64,000 nucleotides of DNA from Setoptus koraiensis (lineage: Eukaryota; Animalia; Arthropoda), in contig CM106586.1 in assembly GCA_048013815.1 (NCBI GenBank), forward strand, positions 21,638,001 through 21,702,000, written 5' to 3'. This document shows positions 43,541 to 57,903 of the stretch, one piece after another. The stretch's first letter is position 1; the number at the start of each line of letters is the position of its first letter. The notes below the pieces were generated by a model that made no database searches, was not told the DNA's origin, and saw only the letters and a program-made list of their open reading frames with translations. The position numbers and the translations under genes were made by a program.

Positions 43541-45475
43541 ATGAGTATATCACGATGCAAACAAATCATTTGCAATCGTGTCATGTTCGTTGCCCACAGT
43601 ATCGCCTTATCAGCTTGCATCATCATATTAGCCGTATCATGTCAAGACTCATCACCATCCACCTGTCCTGTATCGAGCAACGCCGTTAATGACGACCCAT
43701 ACATAGCGGAATCGTATGATTTGCATGGACCAAGTAGTAGCTCATACTATTACACAGAAACACAACAAAACAATGCCAATGATGATGAGTGTTTTGTAGC
43801 GGCAGTTTATGAACACGTTAGAGTTGATCTGCCCAGAGAAGTTCAAAAAGGAATTAACATCAATTTAAACGCCTATGCGGAAGCGGCTAGAAGGGCCTCA
43901 CAAAATGTAAGTGTCACTGATTGACCAATTGTGCGCAACATTCTCTCTTTATCCAGAAATTTACTGGTGAATTGTCGACCATCAATACTAATGATAGTAT
44001 TCTCTCTAACATGCTATTCTTTTAAGGGCGCCTCCATACTTGTGGCGCCAGAGGATGGACTATTCTACAGTTCACGCAGTCAAATGAAAACTTGGGAAGA
44101 GATCGTGCCCGAGCCAGAGACGCTGACAAGTCAAAACAACAACCCCTGTGTACATACAGATCTTTATAAGGAGTCTCCCATATTGAGAAGATTGAGCTGT
44201 ATAGCTAGAGAGAATAATATATATTTTGTGGCAAATTTCGGTTCCAAGCAACCGTGCAAAAGAGGTACCACTGTCACGAGGAACAGCCAAGATGTGCATA
44301 CTGTTATTAGTGATAAGTGCCCCAGTGATAACTATTTTCAATATAACACCGATGTGATATTTGGTCCAGATGGTACTCTATTAAGGAAATATAAAAAGTT
44401 CAACATTTTCATTGAACCATTTGACAGGGCACCCACCGCGGAACGTGTTGTATTGGATACACCATTTGGTAAAGTAGGTATAATTACTTGTTTCGACATG
44501 ATGTTCAAGAACCCAGCCATAGATCTAGTGGAAAAAGATCTTGTTGATACTATTTTGTTTCCAACATGGTGGTTTGACGCTCTACCCTTACTGAGTGCCA
44601 TACAATACCAAGACTCTTGGTCTAAAGCCATGGGGGTCAATCTGTTGGCGGCTAATTTGCACAGGGCACGCTTGGGGTCCTCGGGTAGTGGCATCTATTC
44701 CGGAGCTGGAGGAGCACAAATTTATCTTGGTCAAAACAACAACCAATCTAAGCTCATATTGGCCAGCATACCAAAAAGATCTGGCAAGAACTATCCTAGG
44801 CAAGAACAGATCGAGACCTCTAGCCGTTGTAGATCAAAATACAAGCCCAGACTGTTCAACATAGAAGTAGACGGTCTAAAAGAAGATACGACCCAATATA
44901 AGCACGCGGACGAGGTTATTGAATCAGGAAAAGATATAATCGTTCCGCTAGTATGGTTTTCAGACACTATCTCCAAATGTAAAGACGGCTTCTGTTGTAC
45001 GCTAACATACTCTATATCTAAAAATGACAGCAACATAAGCCAATATATAGACAAACTTGTTTTGGTAGTGCGCAATGGCTTGCGTCCAGGAAAATTCTCT
45101 TGGTGGGAGCAAACATGCTTCCTGGCCACTCTCAATCACCCCATGGAAAATGGACCTAATGTAACAAAAAATATCGGTCTCGTCGATAATGACTACTTGT
45201 TTGCTTTGAATGGGCTATTCTCATTTGAGAATTTGGAATTGAGCGCAAACTTTGCGACAGATTATGTTTATCCTATAGCGGCCCATAACATTTTTACATT
45301 GGTACCGGAAAAGATGCGCAATATGTCGTGCAAAAAACAGAAGAAGGACTCTGGTGATGAAAATGAATGTAAATTCACTTACAAAGGTAGAGATTCACAA
45401 CCGCTTCTCATTGCTTCCATGTATGGTCGCGTTTATGACAAAGACCAAATGGGTAAATGGAATACCGGTAAATAG
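43541..45475 (+). CDS. Vanin/pantetheinase/biotinidase-family nitrilase, ~604 aa, 2 exons
   Basis: Exons 43541-43906 and 44027-45475 are in frame. Hydrophobic signal; 'AAVYEH', catalytic E (APEDG), K (YKKFN) and C (ITCFD); 'FPTWW'; C-terminal 'YGRVYDKD'. Confidence 0.92.
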
Positions 45476-46107
45476 CCCATGAAAGGTCATCTGTGATTAC
45501 GACACATATATGGAGTAATCCATATAATACTACCCGTAATTGCGACACTTTAAATCTGCAATAACAAGTGATAATAAAAATTACTAGCGGAGGCGATTGT
45601 CTTCATACAGAGCCTTCTTCCCTTAGGCTAAATGAAGGCAATTTCTATTTTTCAAGTCAAAGCATTTAATTATAATAAACGATCGACTAGCTCGTATCAA
45701 TAACAATAGATCATCACATTCATCAATTGAATACACTTCAAGAATGAAGAAGTTTCTTCTTTCAATCACAGCTCATTTTTGATTTTGATTTCAAAACAAT
45801 GCGGGGGTTAGTTGTTACAGTGTGGATCAATCTGATGCTAGTTGTGGGTAAGATCTTTTATTCGTATCATGAATTATCTCGATCTAAATTGATGCAAGCA
45901 CGATGAATGAGTAATGTCGAATGTTTCACCGAACGAAATTTGGAATTGTACTAGGAAATTATTCAAGGAGGATCAACCTCAGAGTCTAGCATAGGATTTT
46001 GTTCGAGGCTGGTTCTGATGAGACTCAGATGAGATTTATCAATAAAATAGGATCCAGAACAAAAGTTCAAATTACCTGGAAATTCTAAATAGTGAAATTG
46101 CGTTACG

Positions 46108-49100
46108 ATGCACAGGATGACTTATACAATATCTATAATTCTAATCGGGTTACTTTCGTTGGTTGTTTATTCAATAAACATATCAGCTCTGGGTGAAATC
46201 TTACCAGAAGCAGAAAAACCACTTCCTGCACGACTCAGAATAAATGCACACCTGAGGATTGTGACCGGGGTAAGTAATAGGTCCCATCATCCGGAATAAC
46301 TATCATATAACTGATGATTCTAATGTGTGCTTTTCATGATTGTTCTTTTATTAGGCAGACGACGATAGTGACTATCGAGTTGACGAGTATATTGATGTGC
46401 CCAATTCCCGATTGACTATTAGATTACAAGATGACATTACCGGCCGTTATATAACCTATTATAAAAATAGCAATCACATGAATTATAGAATAACACGATA
46501 CGATGAAAGCAAACAGGAGTGCCAAGTTGAGGAATCAAGCTTTAATTGGCGTTTACATGCATTCTCTAGATTAGTGGCTTTATTGCCCGTCGAGTACCAG
46601 ATTAAATCAGAGACGATATTACGATCAACGGTGATAGGAACAGGCTCGATATTGTACATAGTGATGACCAAACTGAACAAGCAGCTCAAGTTTGAGGGGA
46701 GAACATTTGATAATGATCGCTATATCAATCTGAACTACTATTCTGTTTTGTTTGACCTCACAGAGGAAAACAAGAAAAATCATGGCTTCAATTCTGATTT
46801 GGATGTTGTGTTTCGTATTCTGGTCGGAGTTGTTGGTTCGGAATCGGCTAAGATTGGTGACAGTATGTACGACACAACACGAGCTAATAAGGTGCCCCAT
46901 TTTATTATGCTGGACATAGTGGACAGAAAAGCGATTGATGAACCCAAAGATGACACTTTTTATGGTGTCACAATAGACTACTATCTGACAAGCAAACTGG
47001 GCACTGTGGTCACTGGCGAATCGTCCAATGGTCAGCTAGTGAATCCGTTCATATTACCTTTGGGCTTATGGTGTTGGAGAAAGACAGACGCCTTTAGTCT
47101 TGGATCGGATCTTAATCAATTCAGCGCTCTGTACTACGAAGAGGCCTCAGATGAAACCAAAATGCACTACCTGGCATATGATGTCAAGACTAAGACACTT
47201 CGTTACGATTTGCCTGGATCAAAAACAATTATGGATCTGAAACAATTTTGGGCCTATCACATAACGAAAGGCACAACAGAGTCTTCGGGGCAGCAGAAAT
47301 CACAACAACAGCAGCAGCTGAAAAAAACGGGCTTCGCAGAGGCCAAGTGTTCGCTGATAGAGATGGACATAGAAACAGTCAACAGTCAATACAAGGATTT
47401 GGCGAAAATTCTTGGCTTTAGCCTGAAAGAGTCTCTCTATTGGATAGGTCAGACAGAAATAGATGGATTAGACTGTAGCGTATACGAGCGTCACCTAGAT
47501 TATATACCTAAGATATTCGGTTACAGGCCCATGGAGACCCACTTAGAATATTTTTTAGTGGTTTATGCAGTCGGTAACAGTATGCAAGCCGACGAGCAAA
47601 TCTCGGCGCAAGGGAATGGCCAATGGATTCCAAAGCGTCTGTCCATCATATCTTTCGACAAAGAAAGAAAGAAACGCTCTGTGGAGGCTACACTGGTGTT
47701 CACACAATTCTCTTGGACGCTACAGGTGAGTCCGAACGAGGACGACTCTGGTTCGTCGTCGGCACTGACTCCAGTGCATTTGTTTGATGTGGGCGAGTGT
47801 GCCCCAATTAGAAGAGGTCGAGCCAGATTAGAATTCTACTTGGAGCAAGTGATGGAAACAAACGCCAAGAGTGACTTTATGGTTGAATCTCGTTGGACAG
47901 CACTGATAACGAAAGCCCAATCACAATTGCAACAATGGATAATGGAGCACATAGTCAATAGTTACGGAATTTCTCGCGCCAGAGTGACCAATTTAGAGGT
48001 TAGCTTTCGCCAGCGGGCCGTGTTCGTGCGAGCAATCCTTATCGACATTCCCGCTACCCTATGTGAGTAAACGATCATAGCTCTACACTATTTATTATAA
48101 CATAATCACTATCAAGTGTATAATGTCCCGAACAATTGCTTATTTCATCGTCCGAAATGACAAAAACAGCGCACCGGAAGTCGTATGGCTATTACGACGA
48201 CAATGAATTTGTTGCAGAGAAGCCAGAAACAACCATCATCCATCAGTTGTCCCTAGAGGAATGTCACCTAGAGGCGATGGCTCGCCAGAGCCACTCAATG
48301 ACCTACTGTCCAAACTATTGGGGCACGTGCATCATCAAAGAGTTGGATAGCCAGGTGACCTCAAGTGACAAATTCATTAGAGGTTCTATTAACGACAGAT
48401 CATTTTGTTCAGTGTACACAATAACGGAAGTCAACTCTCACAATGAATACTCAATGGAATCTTTGGGGTACTTCCTTGACGAGGCCGATTCGGCCGCCAA
48501 GAGGCTGCTCACCGACAATCTCATCAGAGGCTACCTACAGTTGCCCGCTGATGCGGCCGATGGATCAGCGAGCAAAAACTTGATCAATTTCAAATATTTG
48601 GCAAGAGTTTCAAGTGTCAAAGTAATTCCATTAGATGCCGTTGAACAGGATAAGGTCTTGGAAGGACTTGGTTATGTTACTTCGCCCACAGATGATAAAC
48701 ACAATGACGACGCTAGTGGTTTTGCGTCAAAAATGAGCCGAAATCATCATGTTGAGGATGTTCTTCCTGGATTTGGTTCAAACAAAAAATCCGTAGGCTT
48801 GCTGTATTGTCACAAAGCATGCCAATTGAGTGATCGCTGTCATTCGTGGTCCTTCTGTCGGAGCGATCTGACGAATTCTTGGTGCAAATTAGCCCAATTG
48901 GAGCTAACTAAGCCCGTTATGGAGGCCCTATCACAATCAAAACCACAATCAGGAGTTCAGGGCTTTCTCATACAATATCCGCCCGATGATGGCGCCGTGG
49001 ACAATGTCAATGTATACAATTTGGAGAGGAACAGACAATGCAGCTTGCACTCAAAGGACTATTATCAATTGTATCAGCAACATCAGGCCAATTTTGTTGA

Positions 49101-50187
49101 CCTTGAGCCGGCCCAATTGAAACAATTTGCCTTCGTTTCTCTGGACGAGTGTGCTCGATTGTGCTTCAGACACGAGCTGCCAGAAGCTGATGCGGCTGGG
49201 CCCAGCATCAGACAGCCAGTTTGTGTCAGATTTGATTATTGTCCCGTTATATCATTGTGCCACTTTGAGGGCCTGAGCGAAGGCGGCTCCGACGGTGCCT
49301 TTTACTCGCAAGGACTCAGTGGGCACGGTAACGGAGCTAGCGATCCTTTGCAATTGTTCAAGTCACGAGATTTAGAGCGGCAATTCGAAACCAATCAACA
49401 GTGTCACCGTTACGAGCGCAATTATTTCCAGTATTTCAATAAGTTACCATCGCAGCGTTTAATCGTCACGGATCTAGAGAATGGACGAGATATATACATG
49501 ATGGAAGTGGAGATTAAATTTGAGAATTTCGATTTGAATCAATGCGTTCGTCACTGTATTCTGGCCGACGAGCGGTGTGTTGGATTTGATTATTGCCGGG
49601 CGGCCCATAGACCGCCGCATTCGACTTGTGTCATACTGACAATCAGAAGTCCAAATGTTTTGACGAGCGCCTTCATTAACAAATATCCAGAGCGATTGTC
49701 CAAATTGGAAAAGAAATATTATTTGGAAAAACAAGAACAGCAACAAATAAGCGCTCTCAAATACCAGATATCGTTTCGCGATCAGGACAGATGCGATCAT
49801 TATGATCTAATAGAGACATACGCCGATATAAAGCTGGCTATGGTGGCAAACAAGTACTTGGCTGATGATGTTATCATGAAGCAAGACCAAGAGATCAGCG
49901 CTGAATCGGACAGCCCGTTTACCGGCGACGCCACCGCCACCGCCACCGACGGGCCTCTCAATGACGCTCCTTCGCCAGACCATCGCCAGAGCGGAATCTC
50001 GAGCACCATGTCGCTCGTCATTGGGCTCGTGATGGGAACACTGATTTATTTGGCCGGGCCGGCACTCGTGCAACACGTGCAGGATTGGCGCCAAGAGCGT
50101 TCCGCCAGAGCGACCCAATCGGCGCAGAGTCTTCGGTTCAGTGTTTTGAATTTGGCCCAAAACGAACAACTTCAACAGTGCGAATAG
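46108..50187 (+). CDS. Large type-I membrane protein with several PAN/apple-like Cys modules, ~1295 aa, 3 exons, unknown function
   Basis: Exons 46108-46269, 46355-48062 and 48170-50187 sum to 3888 nt in frame. Signal peptide; four 'C-x3-C...C..(F/W)x(Y/F)C' modules (e.g. 'CHKACQLSDRCHSWSFC', 'CVRHCILADERCVGFDYC'); C-terminal TM 'LVIGLVMGTLIYLAG'. Confidence 0.78.
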
Positions 50188-52162
50188 ATGCTGCGGATAT
50201 TCGCACATCCACCGTGCCCTCTCAGATAGACCGTCTATCATAAACGAGCCAATGGAAAGGAGAAAGCTGCAATTGAGGGCCCCACTTTTGTCTTGCGAAA
50301 CGGGCAAGAATTTGTGAATTTTTGTGTAGCCTGAGAGTGGCGCCATCTTCAATTCAAACTAACTCACGGTGATAGATTTGGTGACGAGATTGCGCGATCG
50401 AATTATCTGATGATTGTTTGAGCTGTTGGTGCCACAACTGCTAGTAGTGATTCGTCACTATATATAGCAATAACAAATGCAAAACCGCGATGCGACACAC
50501 ACACACACACACACGAAACGGCAAAAATACACACATCGTGTCCTACATGTTCTATCAATTTTCATCCATCTATTGTCTATTTGCCTTTATCTTTTGCTCC
50601 ATGCCTCTTTTGAAATACAAACAAAGTAGAGTGTTTAGTGCGATGGATGGATCGCCGTAGTGTTTTATTTTGAGCCGCAGTACACAATGTTAAGGTTGTT
50701 GTTCTGTATCTGGCATAAATCACAAGTGAGCCTCTGCCGATAGAGCCAGCTTAAGCTAGAATTGTCTTTTTTTAGCCGAGCGCTTTGTGGCAAGCTAGTT
50801 GCGTTTGTGATATGACTGTCTGGAAATAGTCAAAGTCTTGTCTCGTTGCGTTTTCACTAATACGTGCGTGCTTCGCGGGCCGTTTATCGTTGGGCTGAGT
50901 GCACGTTTCTTGCAACATCGTCGGTGTGCCGATTTCCAATTTAGTGCGCCCTAACCAGGCCCGAAACTAGGAGGAAAACGCGCGTGAAAAGCGCAACTGA
51001 CACCGTGCCACAACAAAGCAACAAATGCAAAACGCTCACCGTGTTGCTCTCACCCTCTGGCCAACGAAACGAGCTTGCCCTCGAAAGGGTTTACCTGGCA
51101 GCCCATTGATCTCGCTTGGCAGGTTGGCCGATGGCGTCGTCGAGGCGGTTGTTGGCGACGTCGTTGTTGTCGAGGCTGGTATCGTCGACGTCGATATTGT
51201 CGGTCAGGGCTTGTTGCTCGCATGGATAGAACGGAGCGATAGAGCGAGTGAAAGAGTGAAAGAGAATGGAAGAAAAGTGGGAAAATTACCTACTTGTTGC
51301 ACATTATCGCGCTGCGCTGGTGATGTAACCATGCCAGTGTAACTATCGGCGAGTGTCGCTATCACTAAAGTGTTGGACAAATGGCTGATGCTAAATCAAA
51401 TTTTAGAGGCTACAATTCATCTTGTGTGAAGGATGTGTGTATGGCGTATTTCTTAGAAAAGAAAGTCAGTCGCCTCGTCAAACATGCGCTCACACTAACA
51501 AGAAGAGAAGAGATAATGTTTGTTGCGTTATCTAATCTTTGTGTAGTCGTGTGCGCCTTGCTATTATCACTTCCTTAATCCGTCATTTCAGCAGCGTCTA
51601 TTTTTGCCAGTTCTTTTCTGTCACATCCAGCCCACTTGTTGTTTATGTGTAAATATAAATAAATTTAGTTCAAATAATGGTAATGGTTCTTCTATTAATC
51701 TAGACACACACACACACACTCACAACTATTGCATATGGCATCCCTTTTCCCTATGCAACTAGTGTTAACATTGAACAAATGGCAAAGAGTTGCTCTCCGG
51801 CGCCGACGATGCAACAACCTGCACACACACACACACGCACAATACAGTTGAGGTTACCACTAGCTTGATAAAGAAGCCTATGACGTAACATGTAAGGTGA
51901 GCCAGGTAGTTTGGTTTTGTGCGGTGTAAGCCATCGGCGGAGAGACAGTGCCTCTCAGTTAATTTTATCAGAAGTTAATTACGACTGCTGCTGCTGCTGC
52001 TTAGTCTGACGAAGGCAGTTGATGGCTGTCGCAGCAGAAGCAGCAGCCTGTGCGAGAATAACGCGTCGGTTGTACGAGTCAGTCGATTAATCTTGATACT
52101 GACGACAACAAGCTGCCGCCCATGTTAATGAAGCCATCGCGCTGACACATAATGCAGCGGCG

Positions 52163-52169
52163 GCAACAA

Positions 52170-52200
<31 letters not shown>

Positions 52201-52240
52201 AACAACAGCAACAGCCACAACAACAACGACAACAACAACA
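52163..52240. repeat. Imperfect (CAA/CGA/CAG)n trinucleotide microsatellite
   Basis: Direct reading; non-coding context. Confidence 0.85.
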
Positions 52241-52687
52241 AACAACTTGGAACGCTCGTCAGCATTTCATTAAGTCGCACAGATAATCTCAGCGCGTAGA
52301 TATCAGGCGAGCACGATTAAAACAATGAGGGGAATACACTTTGTATCAAAAACAAATTGCCTCATTGTTAAGCTCACTGCTGCTGCTGGTGCCTACTCAT
52401 CACTACTACCGGATAGACTGTCGCTAATACTGTCCATTAGTGTCGTCGTATCGGCACACAACAGCTACCACCTTTACGCCACGCCGTCGCACATATCTAG
52501 ATCTAGGTATATGACTTGAGATTAGACGTTTTATTGCGATCACCTCTCTCGGGCTTGGCGTATCTGCGAGTGTCAAATCCAGTCAAATCTCTCTGACTTT
52601 TTTGGCCAATGGCTGCTGCATTGTTGTTGTTGTTGTTGTTGCTATCTTAATCTTGCCATTGTGTTGACAAACAACAGCACTACGGCA

Positions 52688-52785
52688 GACAACAACTGCA
52701 ACAGCAACAACAGCAACAGCAACGACAGCAACGACAACAACAACAGCAACAACGACAGCAACAACGACAGCAACAACAACAATAA
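52688..52785. repeat. Imperfect (CAA/CAG/CGA)n trinucleotide microsatellite
   Basis: Direct reading; the Gln frame ends in TAA. Confidence 0.85.
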
Positions 52786-55700
52786 CGTCAACAATGTGGA
52801 AGAAGCTGGCTAGACGTGCGATGCTCACAGTCGGCGTACAGGCGCATCACTCGCGAGTCGCGATTGACGGCAATCGCGCAACTCGATAAATATAAATAAA
52901 TCTAATGTCTATATGAGTTCTATTTAAATTCCTTCAATTCGTGCTCGAATCGTGCACGAACGGCTCGAATGATGACGATCGCGCAAACCCACACACATAC
53001 TCCCAATGCAAAATACTTGTGAGGCGATACATTGGCTCCACTATATGGCGACAAACGCAACTCGACGACTAGCTTGTGACTGCCAGCAACTGCTAGTCGC
53101 TGCCGCCAACAAGTGGCACTGGCAAAAATTGCTCAAGTACAGCAACAGGTTGCTGGGTACAGGTGATTTGGCTTTCTTTGTGTCGCTATCATGTGAACCA
53201 TTTATAACCTGTCGCAAGTTGCATTGTATATCACATAGCGCCGTCTTGTTAATCTGATCTGCGCCGCCTAGGCACAGAACGTGTCTAAAGATTTGTGTGT
53301 GCCAATTGTGACAACTGTGACGAATTGTCACCAACGAGTTCATAAAATAACGTGCATGTATAAATATCTGGTTGTGTTGTGGCCCGTCTGTGCCCAGGCA
53401 CAATCTGTGCACAAACGGCGCACAACTCGCCACTGATCATCATTTCAGGGGGTGCACCCGCAAATGACACAACGCGACGATATTGCGCAACACCAATAGC
53501 TTGCCAAACAATAGTATTTATTGCACTCATTGTGTTACATTGTTGTACTATGCAGTTGACGCATATTGATTGGATTGGCCCGGTTTGACGTGTCAAACAC
53601 AGTTCAACTGGGCGACCAAACCGGTGCAAGCCGATCAATATTAACCCTGGGACAATATGTGTCCCGATTGTGTGTTAGCGGACGACGAAATGTGTCCACG
53701 ATATATAGTCTAAAAATAGTGATTGACGGTCGTTCTAGATAAACGTCCTTGTGGCCGACAACATTTGTTGCCGATAGAGTCGGGTTAGCATGCAGCGGGT
53801 CACATTTGCAAGTATTCATACGCGAGTCTCAATCAGCCATTTTCTCAACCATTGTGAGCCCCGAACACAATGGGCTCACATGGGTTGTCCGCGAACATTC
53901 AGATGGACATTATTTATACATTAGTGATGAGTGTAACATTAGTTTGAATGCAATGCACCCTGCCACGACGGATAATTCGGGCGCGTTGGTAATATGAGTT
54001 CGAATGCGCATTTAGATCTCCGACAGGCAGAGTTCCAAAAGTCTCGAGCGATCTCATTAATCACTGTTTGCCTATGACAGGTGATGTCAGTTGATCTGTA
54101 TTATGCGTCCGTTTCTAGACTTGCGAGGACACAAACGAGTGGCGCCAATCATCGGCCATGACATACAATTTGCATGATACAAACAGTTACGAGTTGCTGC
54201 AGAAGAATTGTACGAGCCCTGTCTTTAAACAGGAAGTCACAACTGCACAATTTTGCTTGGCGCTTGACTAACAATCATCAGTTCATCATGATATCGTTGG
54301 ATATTCACGAGCAAATATCAAGCCATAGGTGGTGAATCAATTAATCGAATCGTGTCGTGTGTGAACTATTCATGGATTTGTCCACCGCACAAACAACCTG
54401 TTGCAAGGCACACACGGTGCAAATTAGAACCTTGTCAATGAGAGCTGACTGAATTTCACTAGAGGCGGCGCCTGTTACTTTAGAGTGATGCACGTTTGTG
54501 CAACGTATCCCAATCAATTGATGACATCAATTATCGACACTCGGCCTGCATGAGCACCACCTGAAGCGAGTTTTCATAGGTATGTGTCGCTCAGTTTACA
54601 CTGTCACACTGCACATGATTCGAGTCGGATCATCCGACATGCTAACAGGCGCACTTGTTGTGTTCACTGACAGTATTCAACGACACAGTAGATCATCTAA
54701 GGTGCACTTCATCGACGCCATTCACGCAGTTCACTTTGATTGGGTGCTCGGGGCAGCGACGGCGAGCCTAGGCACAGGGCACGCCCCAAACACTCGTCTA
54801 AGGGCACTGGGCATGCCCTCATCCCAAGCGAAGCCAATGGGCAGTTTGCCGATTGGCAGTGATTTTTATAGCAATGGGCGCGAGCACGCCCACATGAGCG
54901 AGCTCTGTGGACCAACACTATTTGAACTAACAGTGGCACGGGTAAACTGAAGCTCATTTTATTCATAGCGACGGGTAGATGTTGCGACAAAATGTTGCAT
55001 CTCTCCCGCGCGGAAAATTTTCTCCCATCTGCTGACAGGGAGATGGGTCTCCGCCTATTACTATCGGTTGCATCGTGTGTAACGCCGAGGCACTTTCAAC
55101 CAGTTTTCGGCATACGATTCAGGGCGGGCATGCTTCGCGCCTCAACGAGTCGAGCTCCCTCCTCAAAATGGACCGATGTCTCCAGAAGATGGGAGGGTAG
55201 CGGGCCGGTTTAAAAGGGCGGGAGTGGAAGTGAGCGGTGGTTTATGGGGGGGTGTTTTTGAATAGAATGAACGGTCGTGGACGATAGATGGTCTTATCGA
55301 TGGGTGATTTTCGTCGGTGAAGTGACCTAGTCGGTGTCTTATCATTAGTGGAAACGATAACGGCCGAATTTCGACAACAAGTAGCTGACAAGTGAGTTGT
55401 AAGCAGGCGTCAGCAGCAGCAGCAACGGCAGCGAAATAAAAATAAGCCATAGTGCATATTTTCTCGATCATCGAGATGATTATTACTCAAATATACGGTT
55501 CTATTATTACATTAACATGCATGTAATATCTCCATTACATCTTCATTATGTATTGACAGCGCTTTTAAAATCTTATTATATGTATACCGCAAACGTTTGT
55601 ATTTATAGATATATCCATATATACATAGAAATATATACCGATAAACCATACCACTAATGGCATTATGAGCACACAAAGACACAATCGTCCTATCAACTAG

Positions 55701-56731
55701 CAAGCTAGCCGGCGAACAAACAAACAAGCAGCGAAACGTGATATGCAATCAGTGTTTGCGTGTTTATCCTATTCTGTATCATCGTATCATCGATTAAAAT
55801 TGCACTGCAACTGCAGTTAGTTGCTACTGCTGGCAACAATTCACAAGATAGCTGGGCGGCGTTTGTGTGACTATATCTTGGCAATATCCATCCAAAGAGC
55901 AGCAACTCGCACAGTCACTCACAATACACGTATGTCGGACGGCCACAATATATGTATCGGCCACACTGGCCCCAAGACAACCGCACAATGAACCGAAAGT
56001 AGGCTCACTGGCCTCAGGATCCATACGTAGTGGACTGAGGACAATTACAACGGGCCCAAGATATTCATGCGGAGGCCCGCAAGCTGTTTACCTGCTTTGA
56101 GAGTACACTAGTGGAGTTGCGTAACAATAAATAGCAGACCACCAAACATTATTGGAACATCAATTTCATAATAGTATTACAACAGATACGCAAACAGTGC
56201 CAATAGTTGCAGCAGTGATAATAAATATATAAATATTAGTATAGTAATATGATGATAGTGATATAAATAGTCATAGCGCATATACATACAGGCACACACA
56301 ATTATTATTATCGGAGAGAGGAGGAGGAGAGAGAGAGGGAGAGAGAGCGAGATTGCAGCTTGTGGATCCACACACTGCAATCTCGACACACAGAGCGACT
56401 GTGTCATCTTCACTATCTTTGCACTTTGATCAAATCAAATTATTATCACCAAAAGCATCATCACATTAGCTGGAGAGTTGTCACCATCATCACAACAAAT
56501 TATTCAATTTGTGCCAATAGTAGTAAGCAGGCACAAATCAATCAGCCAATCTATATCTGGCAATAGCAATACACTGATAGTAATTGGCACTAGTTAGTAG
56601 TAGTAGTGGATATAACAATACCGATAATAATAATAATAGTAATAATAATAACCAGCATTGTAATAGACAGATATATATTGTTACTAATGTTATTGGTGAT
56701 GTTTAGTAAAGCGCGCTAACTTTTAGAGATA

Positions 56732-56810
56732 CCCACCACCACCACCACCACCACCATTAGCACCACAACAACCACAACAACCACCACCACCATCACCTTC
56801 ACCATCACTA
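56732..56810. repeat. (ACC)n/(ACA)n low-complexity tract
   Basis: Direct reading. Confidence 0.8.
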
Positions 56811-57903
56811 CTAGTACGACAAATGCATTGATATGATATATTCACACTGTAAACAGATACAAACATTGGGAAGCGACATACTCTCTTCAGTAATATTCAC
56901 TTTATACACATTGGATACATCATCGGATCACACACATACGGCTGACTTGCATCCATCCAACAAACAACATAAACAGATCCTTGAGACTTGCTAGTTTGTG
57001 CTCTTTTGGCCGATCTAGCTCACTTACTTTTTTTATTACTACATTATCATTATTATTACAACTACTACTACTATTACTACTATTACTACTATCATCATCC
57101 AGATATCTTGCACATCGTTCATCCGCGGACAAACAATCAACAGTACCAATAATATATATCCAATAATATTAATAGTAACAATAACGAATAATAATAATAT
57201 TTCTTAATGGTAATAGTAATAGCGAGCACCATCATCAATCAGTAGTAGAACAATAACCATCACTATTTACTTTTACTCATTCAACATCTACATCCACCAT
57301 CAATAGATAGAGAAATTTGCAAATCATTGGCTCTCTCGACAATATTGGCAATTGCTGTTGTCGTCGTCGTCGTCGTTGCTGTTGTTGTTGTTGGCTAGTT
57401 TGTACAAACACCCAATAAGAAAAATTGTTACCATTAATATTATCGCCAATACATCATCAAACGTTTTTGTTATTATCAGTGCTATGATAATACAACAATT
57501 ATATATTTATATGATATAATAATAATATTATATCAACCAGTGAAATGTTAGGAGCAACAAGTGACATTTATTATTATTACTACCACCAAACTACACTGTA
57601 GGCAGTCGCGGCTGTTGCTGCTGCTGCTACTCCTGCTCCATAAACTATACAAATTATATATAAATTATTATATATCACATTGTTATATTTAATATTATAT
57701 ATTGATAGATGATAATACAAAATATTGGATAACAAAACAACATATTCACATGCATATGAAAAGTGCGTTATAAAACAATAAGTAAACACATACACACAAA
57801 TAGATAACAACAAAGCAGTCGTTTGTATCGTGAAGGAATATTACCAATTCTCGATCCATTGAGACACAGAACAGCCAGACCTGTGATTATTATAATAGTA
57901 GCC

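Noticed and set aside
51097-51120. 'KRDQW' as the start of an SLC6 transporter
   Set aside because: No downstream 'GxGNVWRFP' exon was found on the - strand.
52163-52790. CAA/CAG tracts as polyQ coding exons
   Set aside because: The frames terminate quickly, no flanking splice signals or domains are present, and similar microsatellites are common across 50-58 kb.
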